The notes under the pieces: model-generated
What the model was told of the DNA's origin: nothing
The model's input: the letters and a program-made list of their open reading frames with translations, nothing else
Databases searched by the model: none
Made by a program: the position numbers and the translations under genes
NCBI GenBank assembly: GCA_047495785.1
Contig: JBLDXI010000024.1
Location: forward strand, 4,960,001 to 5,024,000
Source: Lepidodermella squamata
Lineage: Eukaryota; Animalia; Gastrotricha
Reading direction: 5' to 3'
DNA: 64,000 nt
In this document: piece by piece, positions 1-11,054 of the stretch
Layout: every line of letters starts with the position of its first letter
Numbering within the stretch: the first letter of the stretch is position 1

Positions 1-40
1 TCTGAATCCAGCGACTCGAGTTCGATTCTCGATGGGACCT
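1..40 (+). tRNA. tRNA-Gln(CTG), 3' half (cut by window edge)
   Basis: Identical to the 3' half of the Gln gene at 3344-3415. Confidence 0.95.
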
Positions 41-138
41 TGATCGGTTTTTTCAAACAAACATAGCTGGAACTCAACCGCTGGAAACTTGCGATCATAA
101 TATTTGTTACCATTCAAACCTTTTCTTTCACTAGCCTA

Positions 139-210
139 GGGGGCATAGCTCAGTGGTAGAGCGTCTCATTCGCATTGTGAAGGTCTCGGGTTCAATCCCC
201 GATGCCTCCA
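139..210 (+). tRNA. tRNA-Ala(CGC)
   Basis: GGGGGCA/TGCCTCC acceptor with G3:U70 Ala determinant; loop TT-CGC-AT; T6 terminator at 219-224; U29:U41 mismatch in the anticodon stem. Confidence 0.92.
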
Positions 211-301
211 GTTGGCACTTTTTTCGCGTAAATGTTGAGAAGTAACAGCCATAATACTGATGATATGAATCGGAAATAAGTCTAAGCATGCGAAAAAAGA
301 G

Positions 302-385
302 TGTCAGAAGTGGGGTTCGAACCCACGCCCTCTTTCGAGGACCAGATCTTGAGTCTGGCGCCTTAGACCGCTCGGCCATCCTGAC
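302..385 (-). tRNA. tRNA-Leu(CAA), intronless
   Basis: GTCAGGATGGCCGAGCGGTCTAAGGCG-CCAGA-CTCAAGA-TCTGG, long variable arm, T6 terminator. Confidence 0.97.
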
Positions 386-487
386 CGTCTGACTGAATAT
401 TCAATTTGATTCAGATGAACCAGCGCGGGTTCAGCTTCGAGCATGCAATAAACCTCAAATCTTGTATAGGCTATACTTCATGTGACA

Positions 488-560
488 GGCGCTGTGGCGA
501 AATGGCTATCGCGTCGGACTTCGGATCCGAAGATTGTGGGTTCGAGTCCCATCAGCGTCG
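488..560 (+). tRNA. tRNA-Arg(TCG)
   Basis: TCGGA-CTTCGGA-TCCGA anticodon arm, GGTTCGAGTCC B-box, T-run downstream. Confidence 0.96.
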
Positions 561-673
561 TCCGCTTTTGTATTTTTGTTAGTTTCAGTAGGCTTCTGAA
601 GCCATTTAAACAAATATTTCGACAACTGCTTGCGTAAATTTAATCTGCCTGCAATCTACCACGCATTTCAAGG

Positions 674-746
674 GCCTTCCTAGCTCAGTCGGTAGAGCAT
701 GTGACTTTTAATCACAGGGTCGGGGGTTCGAGTCCCCCGGAGGGCG
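674..746 (+). tRNA. tRNA-Lys(TTT)
   Basis: TAGCTCAGTCGGTAGAGC A-box; TGTGA-CTTTTAA-TCACA arm; T5 terminator. Confidence 0.97.
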
Positions 747-833
747 CAAGCTTTTTCCTCAGTTGCTCGGTTTAGCTGCATTCGGCTGATTTCACCGCTT
801 CGTCGAATCACTTGCCGTGGCGTTAACTACGAA

Positions 834-906
834 GGGGGATTAGCTCAAATGGTAGAGCGCTCGCTTAGCATGCGAGAGGTAACGGGATCGACGCCCGTAT
901 CCTCCA
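834..906 (+). tRNA. tRNA-Ala(AGC)
   Basis: GGGGGATTAGCTCAAATGGTAGAGCGCTCGCTTAGCATGCGAG, canonical metazoan Ala-AGC with G3:U70. Confidence 0.97.
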
Positions 907-981
907 CAATTTTTTCTGCCTGTAGAAACGGTTTGTTCGCCGAAATGAGACGTCGTCCCTGAAATTCTAGCTGTCACCTTC

Positions 982-1053
982 GGCTCAGTAGCTTAGTGGT
1001 AGAGCGTCTGCCTAGTAAGCAGAAGATCGAGGGTTCGATCCCCCCCTGAGCCT
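982..1053 (+). tRNA. tRNA-Thr(AGT)
   Basis: TCTGC-CTAGTAA-GCAGA arm; GGCTCAG/CTGAGCC acceptor; A50:C64 mismatch in the T-stem. Confidence 0.93.
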
Positions 1054-1137
1054 GGTATTGGGTGAATTTTTTGAAAATAAAGCCACAAAACTTTGCCAGT
1101 CAGTTTTTATGTTGCAGGCGTGGAAATGATAAAAATG

Positions 1138-1209
1138 TTCCCTGACCGGGAATCGAACCCGGGCCGCCGCGGTGAAAGCGCGGAATCCTAACCACTAGAC
1201 CATCAGGGA
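1138..1209 (-). tRNA. tRNA-Glu(TTC)
   Basis: TCCCTGATGGTCTAGTGGTTAGGATT-CCGCG-CTTTCAC-CGCGG on the minus strand. Confidence 0.97.
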
Positions 1210-1291
1210 GATGATGACAACGAGACCACTGGACGTGGTGTTCATCTGTCATTCAGCGCTTTTCGCAGGTTGTCAAAGGTAAAAATGCGGC

Positions 1292-1363
1292 GGGCCCGTT
1301 CGGGAATTGAACCCGAGACCTCTCGCACCCGAAGCGAGAATCATACCCCTAGACCAACGGGCC
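1292..1363 (-). tRNA. tRNA-Pro(CGG)
   Basis: GGCCCGTTGGTCTAGGGGTATGATT-CTCGC-TTCGGGT-GCGAG on the minus strand. Confidence 0.97.
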
Positions 1364-1438
1364 GGTGCTACGCTGCCGCTAGGAAGGCTCTACCTAAGCG
1401 TTCGTAATGACACTTGGGGTTACCAAAAACGTGGGGCA

Positions 1439-1511
1439 CGCCGAGACCCGGGATCGAACCAGGGACCTTTAGATCTTCAGTCTAACGCTCTCCCAACTGA
1501 GCTATCTCGGC
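1439..1511 (-). tRNA. tRNA-Phe(GAA)
   Basis: GCCGAGATAGCTCAGTTGGGAGAGCG-TTAGA-CTGAAGA-TCTAA on the minus strand; discriminator reads G. Confidence 0.97.
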
Positions 1512-1585
1512 TGTTATGTACAGCAGTGGTAAAGTTGATGCTTCGCTAGCTCATTGCAGGCTGTTATAGTTTGATCTAAAAATTG

Positions 1586-1602
1586 CGCTCCTGGGTGGGC
1601 TC

Positions 1603-1642
<40 letters not shown>

Positions 1643-1659
1643 AATTGCGCCACAGAAGC
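1586..1659 (-). tRNA. tRNA-Asn(GTT)
   Basis: TGGCGCAATTGGTTAGCGCG-TTCGG-CTGTTAA-CCGAA on the minus strand. Confidence 0.97.
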
Positions 1660-1840
1660 TCACGGCAGGCAGAACTAGCAGGAGGCTAAGGCCTAACAAC
1701 GATTGGCCAAGGTCTGCGAACTTGGGTCCAGTTCGATGTGCAGTCATTAGAGTAGCGGACGCGATTTTATCCTTTACGGCTTTTGCAGCCGACAAGCTTT
1801 TGTGATACACCAGCTTAACATTACCTCACCCCTCACGCGA

Positions 1841-1926
1841 CCCGCGATAGCTCAGCTGGTAGAGCGGAGGACTGTAGATGCAACGCAGCTATCCTTAGGT
1901 CGGTGGTTCAAGTCCGCCTCGCGGGA
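1841..1926 (+). tRNA. tRNA-Tyr(GTA) with 13-nt intron (1878-1890)
   Basis: GAGGA-CTGTAG-[ATGCAACGCAGCT]-ATCCTT; intron at the canonical 37/38 position gives a 73-nt mature body. Confidence 0.97.
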
Positions 1927-2005
1927 TCGATGACTTTTTTACAGCTGATGAGCCCGCAGAATCGGTTATTTTCGAGCCTCGAAGAAGCTTTGCCATCTTG
2001 CATCA

Positions 2006-2077
2006 GGCCCGTTGGTCTAGGGGTATGATTCTCGCTTTGGGTGCGAGAGGTCTCGGGTTCAAATCCCGGACGGGCCC
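2006..2077 (+). tRNA. tRNA-Pro(TGG)
   Basis: CTCGC-TTTGGGT-GCGAG arm; body nearly identical to Pro(CGG) at 1292-1363 but in the opposite orientation. Confidence 0.97.
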
Positions 2078-2163
2078 AAGCTTTTTGATATAATAGCCGA
2101 AGCGGCGGCATTACAAAAGGTGCATGCAATAAATAGCCTTCAGCAAGTAATGCTATCATAGCG

Positions 2164-2234
2164 GCATCGGTGGTTCAGTGGTAGAATTCTCGCCTGCCAC
2201 GCGGGAGGCCCGGGTTCGATTCCCGGCCGATGCA
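2164..2234 (+). tRNA. tRNA-Gly(GCC)
   Basis: GCATCGGTGGTTCAGTGGTAGAATTCTCGCCTGCCACGCGGG, canonical Gly-GCC. Confidence 0.98.
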
Positions 2235-2332
2235 AGCGACCCTGTTTTTGCATGAAAGCTTTGAGCAGCACCCGGCGAACAATGAAGCGCGGAAATTCAA
2301 AAGCAATGCCAACAGACTCCATGTCACCAAAA

Positions 2333-2404
2333 TCCTTGGTAGTATAGTGGTTAGTATCCCCGCCTGTCACGCGGGAGACCAGGGTTCGATTCCCTGCCAA
2401 GGAG
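2333..2404 (+). tRNA. tRNA-Asp(GTC)
   Basis: TCCTTGGTAGTATAGTGGTTAGTATCCCCGCCTGTCACGCGGG, canonical Asp-GTC. Confidence 0.98.
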
Positions 2405-2477
2405 TCAGCTTTTTACATGCGGATTTGTGGATTTCAAGCAAATTTATTCAGTAATAACGTGCAAAAATGTTGATTGC

Positions 2478-2550
2478 CGCCCGATGTGGGGCTCGAACCC
2501 ACGACCCTGGGATTAAGAGTCCCATGCTCTACCGACTGAGCTAACCGGGC
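2478..2550 (-). tRNA. tRNA-Lys(CTT)
   Basis: GCCCGGTTAGCTCAGTCGGTAGAGCA-TGGGA-CTCTTAA-TCCCA on the minus strand. Confidence 0.98.
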
Positions 2551-2640
2551 TTAGCCGACATAGCTGATGACTAGGGCAGGTTCAAAGACCCAAATCAGGC
2601 ATGCGACACGAGTCAGAGACAGAGAGTGTGTAAAAACATT

Positions 2641-2713
2641 CGAGGCTGCCAGGAGTCGAACCTGGAATCTTCTGATCCGTAGTCAGACGCGTTGTCCATT
2701 GCGCCACAACCCC
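2641..2713 (-). tRNA. tRNA-Arg(ACG)
   Basis: TGGCGCAATGGACAACGCG-TCTGA-CTACGGA-TCAGA on the minus strand. Confidence 0.97.
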
Positions 2714-2776
2714 ATCGTGTTGATTTAGCATCATGATACGTACAGCGTTGTAGCACAGGAAAAAGCATAAAATGTA

Positions 2777-2860
2777 TGTCAGAAGTGGGATTCGAACCCA
2801 CGCCAGTAGAAACTGACTGCGACCTGAACGCAGCGCCTTGGACCGCTCGGCCATCCTGAC
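2777..2860 (-). tRNA. tRNA-Leu(CAG)
   Basis: GTCAGGATGGCCGAGCGGTCCAAGGCG-CTGCG-TTCAGGT-CGCAG, long variable arm. Confidence 0.97.
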
Positions 2861-3025
2861 GGGATGGTGGTATAGATTGATATCCCGCAGACGGCATTTC
2901 GCAAAGCCAGTAGAGCGTCGCCACAAAGTACTTAGTTTAATTACCTGTTGCCAATATAAAACTTAAACTAGCCAGCAATGTCGATCAGGGTGTATCGTTG
3001 TTGAAACTGCTGAATGAGCACTCAA

Positions 3026-3107
3026 GTCGCTATGCCCGAGTGGTTAAGGGGTCTGACTAGAAATCAGATGCGGTCTCCGCGCGTAGGTTCAAATCCTACT
3101 GGCGACG
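3026..3107 (+). tRNA. tRNA-Ser(AGA)
   Basis: TCTGA-CTAGAAA-TCAGA arm, long variable arm, G73. Confidence 0.96.
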
Positions 3108-3184
3108 ACAGTTATTTTTGCAATATAACGACTGAAAGTCAGTTCTGCAATTAGTCTCCATAATACAGTCCTCGCATTCATCAG

Positions 3185-3256
3185 GCGTCAGTGGTGTAAC
3201 GGTCAGCATGGTTGCCTTCCAAGCAGCCGATCCGGGTTCGACTCCCGGCTGACGCA
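3185..3256 (+). tRNA. tRNA-Gly(TCC)
   Basis: GCGTCAG/CTGACGC acceptor; GTTGC-CTTCCAA-GCAGC arm. Confidence 0.97.
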
Positions 3257-3343
3257 CACGTTTTTAGCTCACACGTTTGAGAGCAGCAAACGCATTGCTA
3301 GTGACGAGATGAAAGCTTTCCTTTCCAAAAGCAGCGTTCGAGA

Positions 3344-3415
3344 GGTCCCATGGTGTAGCGGTTAGCACTCTGGACTCTGAATCCAGCGACTCGAGTTCGA
3401 TTCTCGATGGGACCT
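3344..3415 (+). tRNA. tRNA-Gln(CTG)
   Basis: GGTCCCATGGTGTAGCGGTTAGCACT-CTGGA-CTCTGAA-TCCAG. Confidence 0.97.
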
Positions 3416-4976
3416 TGATCGGTTTTTTCAAACAAACATAGCTGGAACTCAACAGCTGGAAACTTGCGATCATAATATTTGTTACCATTCAAACCTTTTC
3501 TTTCACTAGCCTAGGGGGCATAGCTCAGTGGTAGAGCGTCTCATTCGCATTGTGAAGGTCTCGGGTTCAATCCCCGATGCCTCCAGTTGGCACTTTTTCG
3601 CGTAAATGTTGAGAAGTAACAGCCATAATACTGATGATATGAATCGGAAATAAGTCTAAGCATGCGAAAAAAGAGTGTCAGAAGTGGGGTTCGAACCCAC
3701 GCCCTCTTTCGAGGACCAGATCTTGAGTCTGGCGCCTTAGACCGCTCGGCCATCCTGACCGTCTGACTGAATATTCAATTTGATTCAGATGAACCAGCGC
3801 GGGTTCAGCTTCGAGCATGCAATAAACCTCAAATCTTGTATAGGCTATACTTCATGTGACAGGCGCTGTGGCGAAATGGCTATCGCGTCGGACTTCGGAT
3901 CCGAAGATTGTGGGTTCGAGTCCCATCAGCGTCGTCCGCTTTTGTATTTTTGTTAGTTTCAGTAGGCTTCTGAAGCCATTTAAACAAATATTTCGACAAC
4001 TGCTTGCGTAAATTTAATCTGCCTGCAATCTACCACGCATTTCAAGGGCCTTCCTAGCTCAGTCGGTAGAGCATGTGACTTTTAATCACAGGGTCGGGGG
4101 TTCGAGTCCCCCGGAGGGCGCAAGCTTTTTCCTCAGTTGCTCGGTTTAGCTGCATTCGGCTGATTTCACCGCTTCGTCGAATCACTTGCCGTGGCGTTAA
4201 CTACGAAGGGGGATTAGCTCAAATGGTAGAGCGCTCGCTTAGCATGCGAGAGGTAACGGGATCGACGCCCGTATCCTCCACAATTTTTTCTGCCTGTAGA
4301 AACGGTTTGTTCGCCGAAATGAGACGTCGTCCCTGAAATTCTAGCTGTCACCTTCGGCTCAGTAGCTTAGTGGTAGAGCGTCTGCCTAGTAAGCAGAAGA
4401 TCGAGGGTTCGATCCCCCCCTGAGCCTGGTATTGGGTGAATTTTTTGAAAATAAAGCCACAAAACTTTGCCAGTCAGTTTTTATGTTGCAGGCGTGGAAA
4501 TGATAAAAATGTTCCCTGACCGGGAATCGAACCCGGGCCGCCGCGGTGAAAGCGCGGAATCCTAACCACTAGACCATCAGGGAGATGATGACAACGAGAC
4601 CACTGGACGTGGTGTTCATCTGTCATTCAGCGCTTTTCGCAGGTTGTCAAAGGTAAAAATGCGGCGGGCCCGTTCGGGAATTGAACCCGAGACCTCTCGC
4701 ACCCGAAGCGAGAATCATACCCCTAGACCAACGGGCCGGTGCTACGCTGCCGCTAGGAAGGCTCTACCTAAGCGTTCGTAATGACACTTGGGGTTACCAA
4801 AAACGTGGGGCACGCCGAGACCCGGGATCGAACCAGGGACCTTTAGATCTTCAGTCTAACGCTCTCCCAACTGAGCTATCTCGGCTGTTATGTACAGCAG
4901 TGGTAAAGTTGATGCTTCGCTAGCTCATTGCAGGCTGTTATAGTTTGATCTAAAAATTGCGCTCCTGGGTGGGCTC

Positions 4977-5016
<40 letters not shown>

Positions 5017-8000
5017 AATTGCGCCACAGAAGCTCACGGCAGGCAGAACTAGCAGGAGGCTAAGGCCTAACAACGATTGGCCAAGGTCTGCGAACTTGGG
5101 TCCAGTTCGATGTGCAGTCATTAGAGTAGCGGACGCGATTTTATCCTTTACGGCTTTTGCAGCCGACAAGCTTTTGTGATACACCAGCTTAACATTACCT
5201 CACCCCTCACGCGACCCGCGATAGCTCAGCTGGTAGAGCGGAGGACTGTAGATGCAACGCAGCTATCCTTAGGTCGGTGGTTCAAGTCCGCCTCGCGGGA
5301 TCGATGACTTTTTTACAGCTGATGAGCCCGCAGAATCGGTTATTTTCGAGCCTCGAAGAAGCTTTGCCATCTTGCATCAGGCCCGTTGGTCTAGGGGTAT
5401 GATTCTCGCTTTGGGTGCGAGAGGTCTCGGGTTCAAATCCCGGACGGGCCCAAGCTTTTTGATATAATAGCCGAAGCGGCGGCATTACAAAAGGTGCATG
5501 CAATAAATAGCCTTCAGCAAGTAATGCTATCATAGCGGCATCGGTGGTTCAGTGGTAGAATTCTCGCCTGCCACGCGGGAGGCCCGGGTTCGATTCCCGG
5601 CCGATGCAAGCGACCCTGTTTTTGCATGAAAGCTTTGAGCAGCACCCGGCGAACAATGAAGCGCGGAAATTCAAAAGCAATGCCAACAGACTCCATGTCA
5701 CCAAAATCCTTGGTAGTATAGTGGTTAGTATCCCCGCCTGTCACGCGGGAGACCAGGGTTCGATTCCCTGCCAAGGAGTCAGCTTTTTACATGCGGATTT
5801 GTGGATTTCAAGCAAATTTATTCAGTAATAACGTGCAAAAATGTTGATTGCCGCCCGATGTGGGGCTCGAACCCACGACCCTGGGATTAAGAGTCCCATG
5901 CTCTACCGACTGAGCTAACCGGGCTTAGCCGACATAGCTGATGACTAGGGCAGGTTCAAAGACCCAAATCAGGCATGCGACACGAGTCAGAGACAGAGAG
6001 TGTGTAAAAACATTCGAGGCTGCCAGGAGTCGAACCTGGAATCTTCTGATCCGTAGTCAGACGCGTTGTCCATTGCGCCACAACCCCATCGTGTTGATTT
6101 AGCATCATATCGTTGATGATACGTACAGCGTTGTAGCACAGGAAAAAGCATAAAATGTATGTCAGAAGTGGGATTCGAACCCACGCCAGTAGAAACTGAC
6201 TGCGACCTGAACGCAGCGCCTTGGACCGCTCGGCCATCCTGACGGGATGGTGGTATAGATTGATATCCCGCAGACGGCATTTCGCAAAGCCAGTAGAGCG
6301 TCGCCACAAAGTACTTAGTTTAATTACCTGTTGCCAATATAAAACTTAAACTAGCCAGCAATGTCGATCAGGGTGTATCGTTGTTGAAACTGCTGAATGA
6401 GCACTCAAGTCGCTATGCCCGAGTGGTTAAGGGGTCTGACTAGAAATCAGATGCGGTCTCCGCGCGTAGGTTCAAATCCTACTGGCGACGACAGTTATTT
6501 TTGCAATATAACGACTGAAAGTCAGTTCTGCAATTAGTCTCCATAATACAGTCCTCGCATTCATCAGGCGTCAGTGGTGTAACGGTCAGCATGGTTGCCT
6601 TCCAAGCAGCCGATCCGGGTTCGACTCCCGGCTGACGCACACGTTTTTAGCTCACACGTTTGAGAGCAGCAAACGCATTGCTAGTGACGAGATGAAAGCT
6701 TTCCTTTCCAAAAGCAGCGTTCGAGAGGTCCCATGGTGTAGCGGTTAGCACTCTGGACTCTGAATCCAGCGACTCGAGTTCGATTCTCGATGGGACCTTG
6801 ATCGGTTTTTTCAAACAAACATAGCTGGAACTCAACAGCTGGAAACTTGCGATCATAATATTTGTTACCATTCAAACCTTTTCTTTCACTAGCCTAGGGG
6901 GCATAGCTCAGTGGTAGAGCGTCTCATTCGCATTGTGAAGGTCTCGGGTTCAATCCCCGATGCCTCCAGTTGGCACTTTTTCGCGTAAATGTTGAGAAGT
7001 AACAGCCATAATACTGATGATATGAATCGGAAATAAGTCTAAGCATGCGAAAAAAGAGTGTCAGAAGTGGGGTTCGAACCCACGCCCTCTTTCGAGGACC
7101 AGATCTTGAGTCTGGCGCCTTAGACCGCTCGGCCATCCTGACCGTCTGACTGAATATTCAATTTGATTCAGATGAACCAGCGCGGGTTCAGCTTCGAGCA
7201 TGCAATAAACCTCAAATCTTGTATAGGCTATACTTCATGTGACAGGCGCTGTGGCGAAATGGCTATCGCGTCGGACTTCGGATCCGAAGATTGTGGGTTC
7301 GAGTCCCATCAGCGTCGTCCGCTTTTGTATTTTTGTTAGTTTCAGTAGGCTTCTGAAGCCATTTAAACAAATATTTCGACAACTGCTTGCGTAAATTTAA
7401 TCTGCCTGCAATCTACCACGCATTTCAAGGGCCTTCCTAGCTCAGTCGGTAGAGCATGTGACTTTTAATCACAGGGTCGGGGGTTCGAGTCCCCCGGAGG
7501 GCGCAAGCTTTTTCCTCAGTTGCTCGGTTTAGCTGCATTCGGCTGATTTCACCGCTTCGTCGAATCACTTGCCGTGGCGTTAACTACGAAGGGGGATTAG
7601 CTCAAATGGTAGAGCGCTCGCTTAGCATGCGAGAGGTAACGGGATCGACGCCCGTATCCTCCACAATTTTTTCTGCCTGTAGAAACGGTTTGTTCGCCGA
7701 AATGAGACGTCGTCCCTGAAATTCTAGCTGTCACCTTCGGCTCAGTAGCTTAGTGGTAGAGCGTCTGCCTAGTAAGCAGAAGATCGAGGGTTCGATCCCC
7801 CCCTGAGCCTGGTATTGGGTGAATTTTTTGAAAATAAAGCCACAAAACTTTGCCAGTCAGTTTTTATGTTGCAGGCGTGGAAATGATAAAAATGTTGCCT
7901 GACCGGGAATCGAACCCGGGCCGCCGCGGTGAAAGCGCGGAATCCTAACCACTAGACCATCAGGGAGATGATGACAACGAGACCACTGGACGTGGTGTTC

Positions 8001-8359
8001 ATCTGTCATTCAGCGCTTTTCGCAGGTTGTCAAAGGTAAAAATGCGGCGGGCCCGTTCGGGAATTGAACCCGAGACCTCTCGCACCCGAAGCGAGAATCA
8101 TACCCCTAGACCAACGGGCCGGTGCTACGCTGCCGCTAGGAAGGCTCTACCTAAGCGTTCGTAATGACACTTGGGGTTACCAAAAACGTGGGGCACGCCG
8201 AGACCCGGGATCGAACCAGGGACCTTTAGATCTTCAGTCTAACGCTCTCCCAACTGAGCTATCTCGGCTGTTATGTACAGCAGTGGTAAAGTTGATGCTT
8301 CGCTAGCTCATTGCAGGCTGTTATAGTTTGATCTAAAAATTGCGCTCCTGGGTGGGCTC

Positions 8360-8399
<40 letters not shown>

Positions 8400-10784
8400 A
8401 ATTGCGCCACAGAAGCTCACGGCAGGCAGAACTAGCAGGAGGCTAAGGCCTAACAACGATTGGCCAAGGTCTGCGAACTTGGGTCCAGTTCGATGTGCAG
8501 TCATTAGAGTAGCGGACGCGATTTTATCCTTTACGGCTTTTGCAGCCGACAAGCTTTTGTGATACACCAGCTTAACATTACCTCACCCCTCACGCGACCC
8601 GCGATAGCTCAGCTGGTAGAGCGGAGGACTGTAGATGCAACGCAGCTATCCTTAGGTCGGTGGTTCAAGTCCGCCTCGCGGGATCGATGACTTTTTTACA
8701 GCTGATGAGCCCGCAGAATCGGTTATTTTCGAGCCTCGAAGAAGCTTTGCCATCTTGCATCAGGCCCGTTGGTCTAGGGGTATGATTCTCGCTTTGGGTG
8801 CGAGAGGTCTCGGGTTCAAATCCCGGACGGGCCCAAGCTTTTTGATATAATAGCCGAAGCGGCGGCATTACAAAAGGTGCATGCAATAAATAGCCTTCAG
8901 CAAGTAATGCTATCATAGCGGCATCGGTGGTTCAGTGGTAGAATTCTCGCCTGCCACGCGGGAGGCCCGGGTTCGATTCCCGGCCGATGCAAGCGACCCT
9001 GTTTTTGCATGAAAGCTTTGAGCAGCACCCGGCGAACAATGAAGCGCGGAAATTCAAAAGCAATGCCAACAGACTCCATGTCACCAAAATCCTTGGTAGT
9101 ATAGTGGTTAGTATCCCCGCCTGTCACGCGGGAGACCAGGGTTCGATTCCCTGCCAAGGAGTCAGCTTTTTACATGCGGATTTGTGGATTTCAAGCAAAT
9201 TTATTCAGTAATAACGTGCAAAAATGTTGATTGCCGCCCGATGTGGGGCTCGAACCCACGACCCTGGGATTAAGAGTCCCATGCTCTACCGACTGAGCTA
9301 ACCGGGCTTAGCCGACATAGCTGATGACTAGGGCAGGTTCAAAGACCCAAATCAGGCATGCGACACGAGTCAGAGACAGAGAGTGTGTAAAAACATTCGA
9401 GGCTGCCAGGAGTCGAACCTGGAATCTTCTGATCCGTAGTCAGACGCGTTGTCCATTGCGCCACAACCCCATCGTGTTGATTTAGCATCATATCGTTGAT
9501 GATACGTACAGCGTTGTAGCACAGGAAAAAGCATAAAATGTATGTCAGAAGTGGGATTCGAACCCACGCCAGTAGAAACTGACTGCGACCTGAACGCAGC
9601 GCCTTGGACCGCTCGGCCATCCTGACGGGATGGTGGTATAGATTGATATCCCGCAGACGGCATTTCGCAAAGCCAGTAGAGCGTCGCCACAAAGTACTTA
9701 GTTTAATTACCTGTTGCCAATATAAAACTTAAACTAGCCAGCAATGTCGATCAGGGTGTATCGTTGTTGAAACTGCTGAATGAGCACTCAAGTCGCTATG
9801 CCCGAGTGGTTAAGGGGTCTGACTAGAAATCAGATGCGGTCTCCGCGCGTAGGTTCAAATCCTACTGGCGACGACAGTTATTTTTGCAATATAACGACTG
9901 AAAGTCAGTTCTGCAATTAGTCTCCATAATACAGTCCTCGCATTCATCAGGCGTCAGTGGTGTAACGGTCAGCATGGTTGCCTTCCAAGCAGCCGATCCG
10001 GGTTCGACTCCCGGCTGACGCACACGTTTTTAGCTCACACGTTTGAGAGCAGCAAACGCATTGCTAGTGACGAGATGAAAGCTTTCCTTTCCAAAAGCAG
10101 CGTTCGAGAGGTCCCATGGTGTAGCGGTTAGCACTCTGGACTCTGAATCCAGCGACTCGAGTTCGATTCTCGATGGGACCTTGATCGGTTTTTTCAAACA
10201 AACATAGCTGGAACTCAACAGCTGGAAACTTGCGATCATAATATTTGTTACCATTCAAACCTTTTCTTTCACTAGCCTAGGGGGCATAGCTCAGTGGTAG
10301 AGCGTCTCATTCGCATTGTGAAGGTCTCGGGTTCAATCCCCGATGCCTCCAGTTGGCACTTTTTTCGCGTAAATGTTGAGAAGTAACAGCCATAATACTG
10401 ATGATATGAATCGGAAATAAGTCTAAGCATGCGAAAAAAGAGTGTCAGAAGTGGGGTTCGAACCCACGCCCTCTTTCGAGGACCAGATCTTGAGTCTGGC
10501 GCCTTAGACCGCTCGGCCATCCTGACCGTCTGACTGAATATTCAATTTGATTCAGATGAACCAGCGCGGGTTCAGCTTCGAGCATGCAATAAACCTCAAA
10601 TCTTGTATAGGCTATACTTCATGTGACAGGCGCTGTGGCGAAATGGCTATCGCGTCGGACTTCGGATCCGAAGATTGTGGGTTCGAGTCCCATCAGCGTC
10701 GTCCGCTTTTGTATTTTTGTTAGTTTCAGTAGGCTTCTGAAGCCATTTAAACAAATATTTCGACAACTGCTTGCGTAAATTTAA

Positions 10785-10843
10785 GCACATTTCCCCATCC
10801 GCCGGTGTTTCCTCCGCGCGCGCACTCCTATTGGTCGGCGCAT
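10785..10843 (+). repeat. MULE left TIR
   Basis: GCACATTTCCCCATCCGCCGGTGTTTCCTCCGCGCGCGCACTCCTATTGGTCGGCGCAT; reverse complement at 14465-14523. Confidence 0.96.
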
Positions 10844-11054
10844 ATTGCGCTGCCGCGCGCAGCGCCGCGCCAGCGCTGGTGCTATAATTACACGCCGCGA
10901 GGTCAGGTCGGCCTTTCACACGCCGTGGCCGTGGCGGCGGCTCGCTTGCGCGCGCTGCTAAATCGCCCGGAAATAATTTGCTGGAAATTTTGAAAATTTG
11001 GCGCCAATTACGATACATTTCAATCCGTCATTGTTACCTGTTAATTGCTCGAAA

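Noticed and set aside
139-210. Possible tRNA-Cys, because the 5' end GGGGGCATAGCTCAGTGGTAGAGC resembles Cys genes and GCA occurs in the loop
   Set aside because: Stem geometry centres CGC in the 7-nt loop, and G3:U70 with A73 indicate Ala.
1660-1840. Longest spacer, containing GTTCGA and T-runs: a possible 21st tRNA, snRNA or spliced-leader RNA
   Set aside because: I could not build a cloverleaf, an A-box/B-box pair or a convincing Sm-site and splice-donor arrangement. Its length is explained by two divergent 5' flanks. An Infernal/Rfam scan would settle it.
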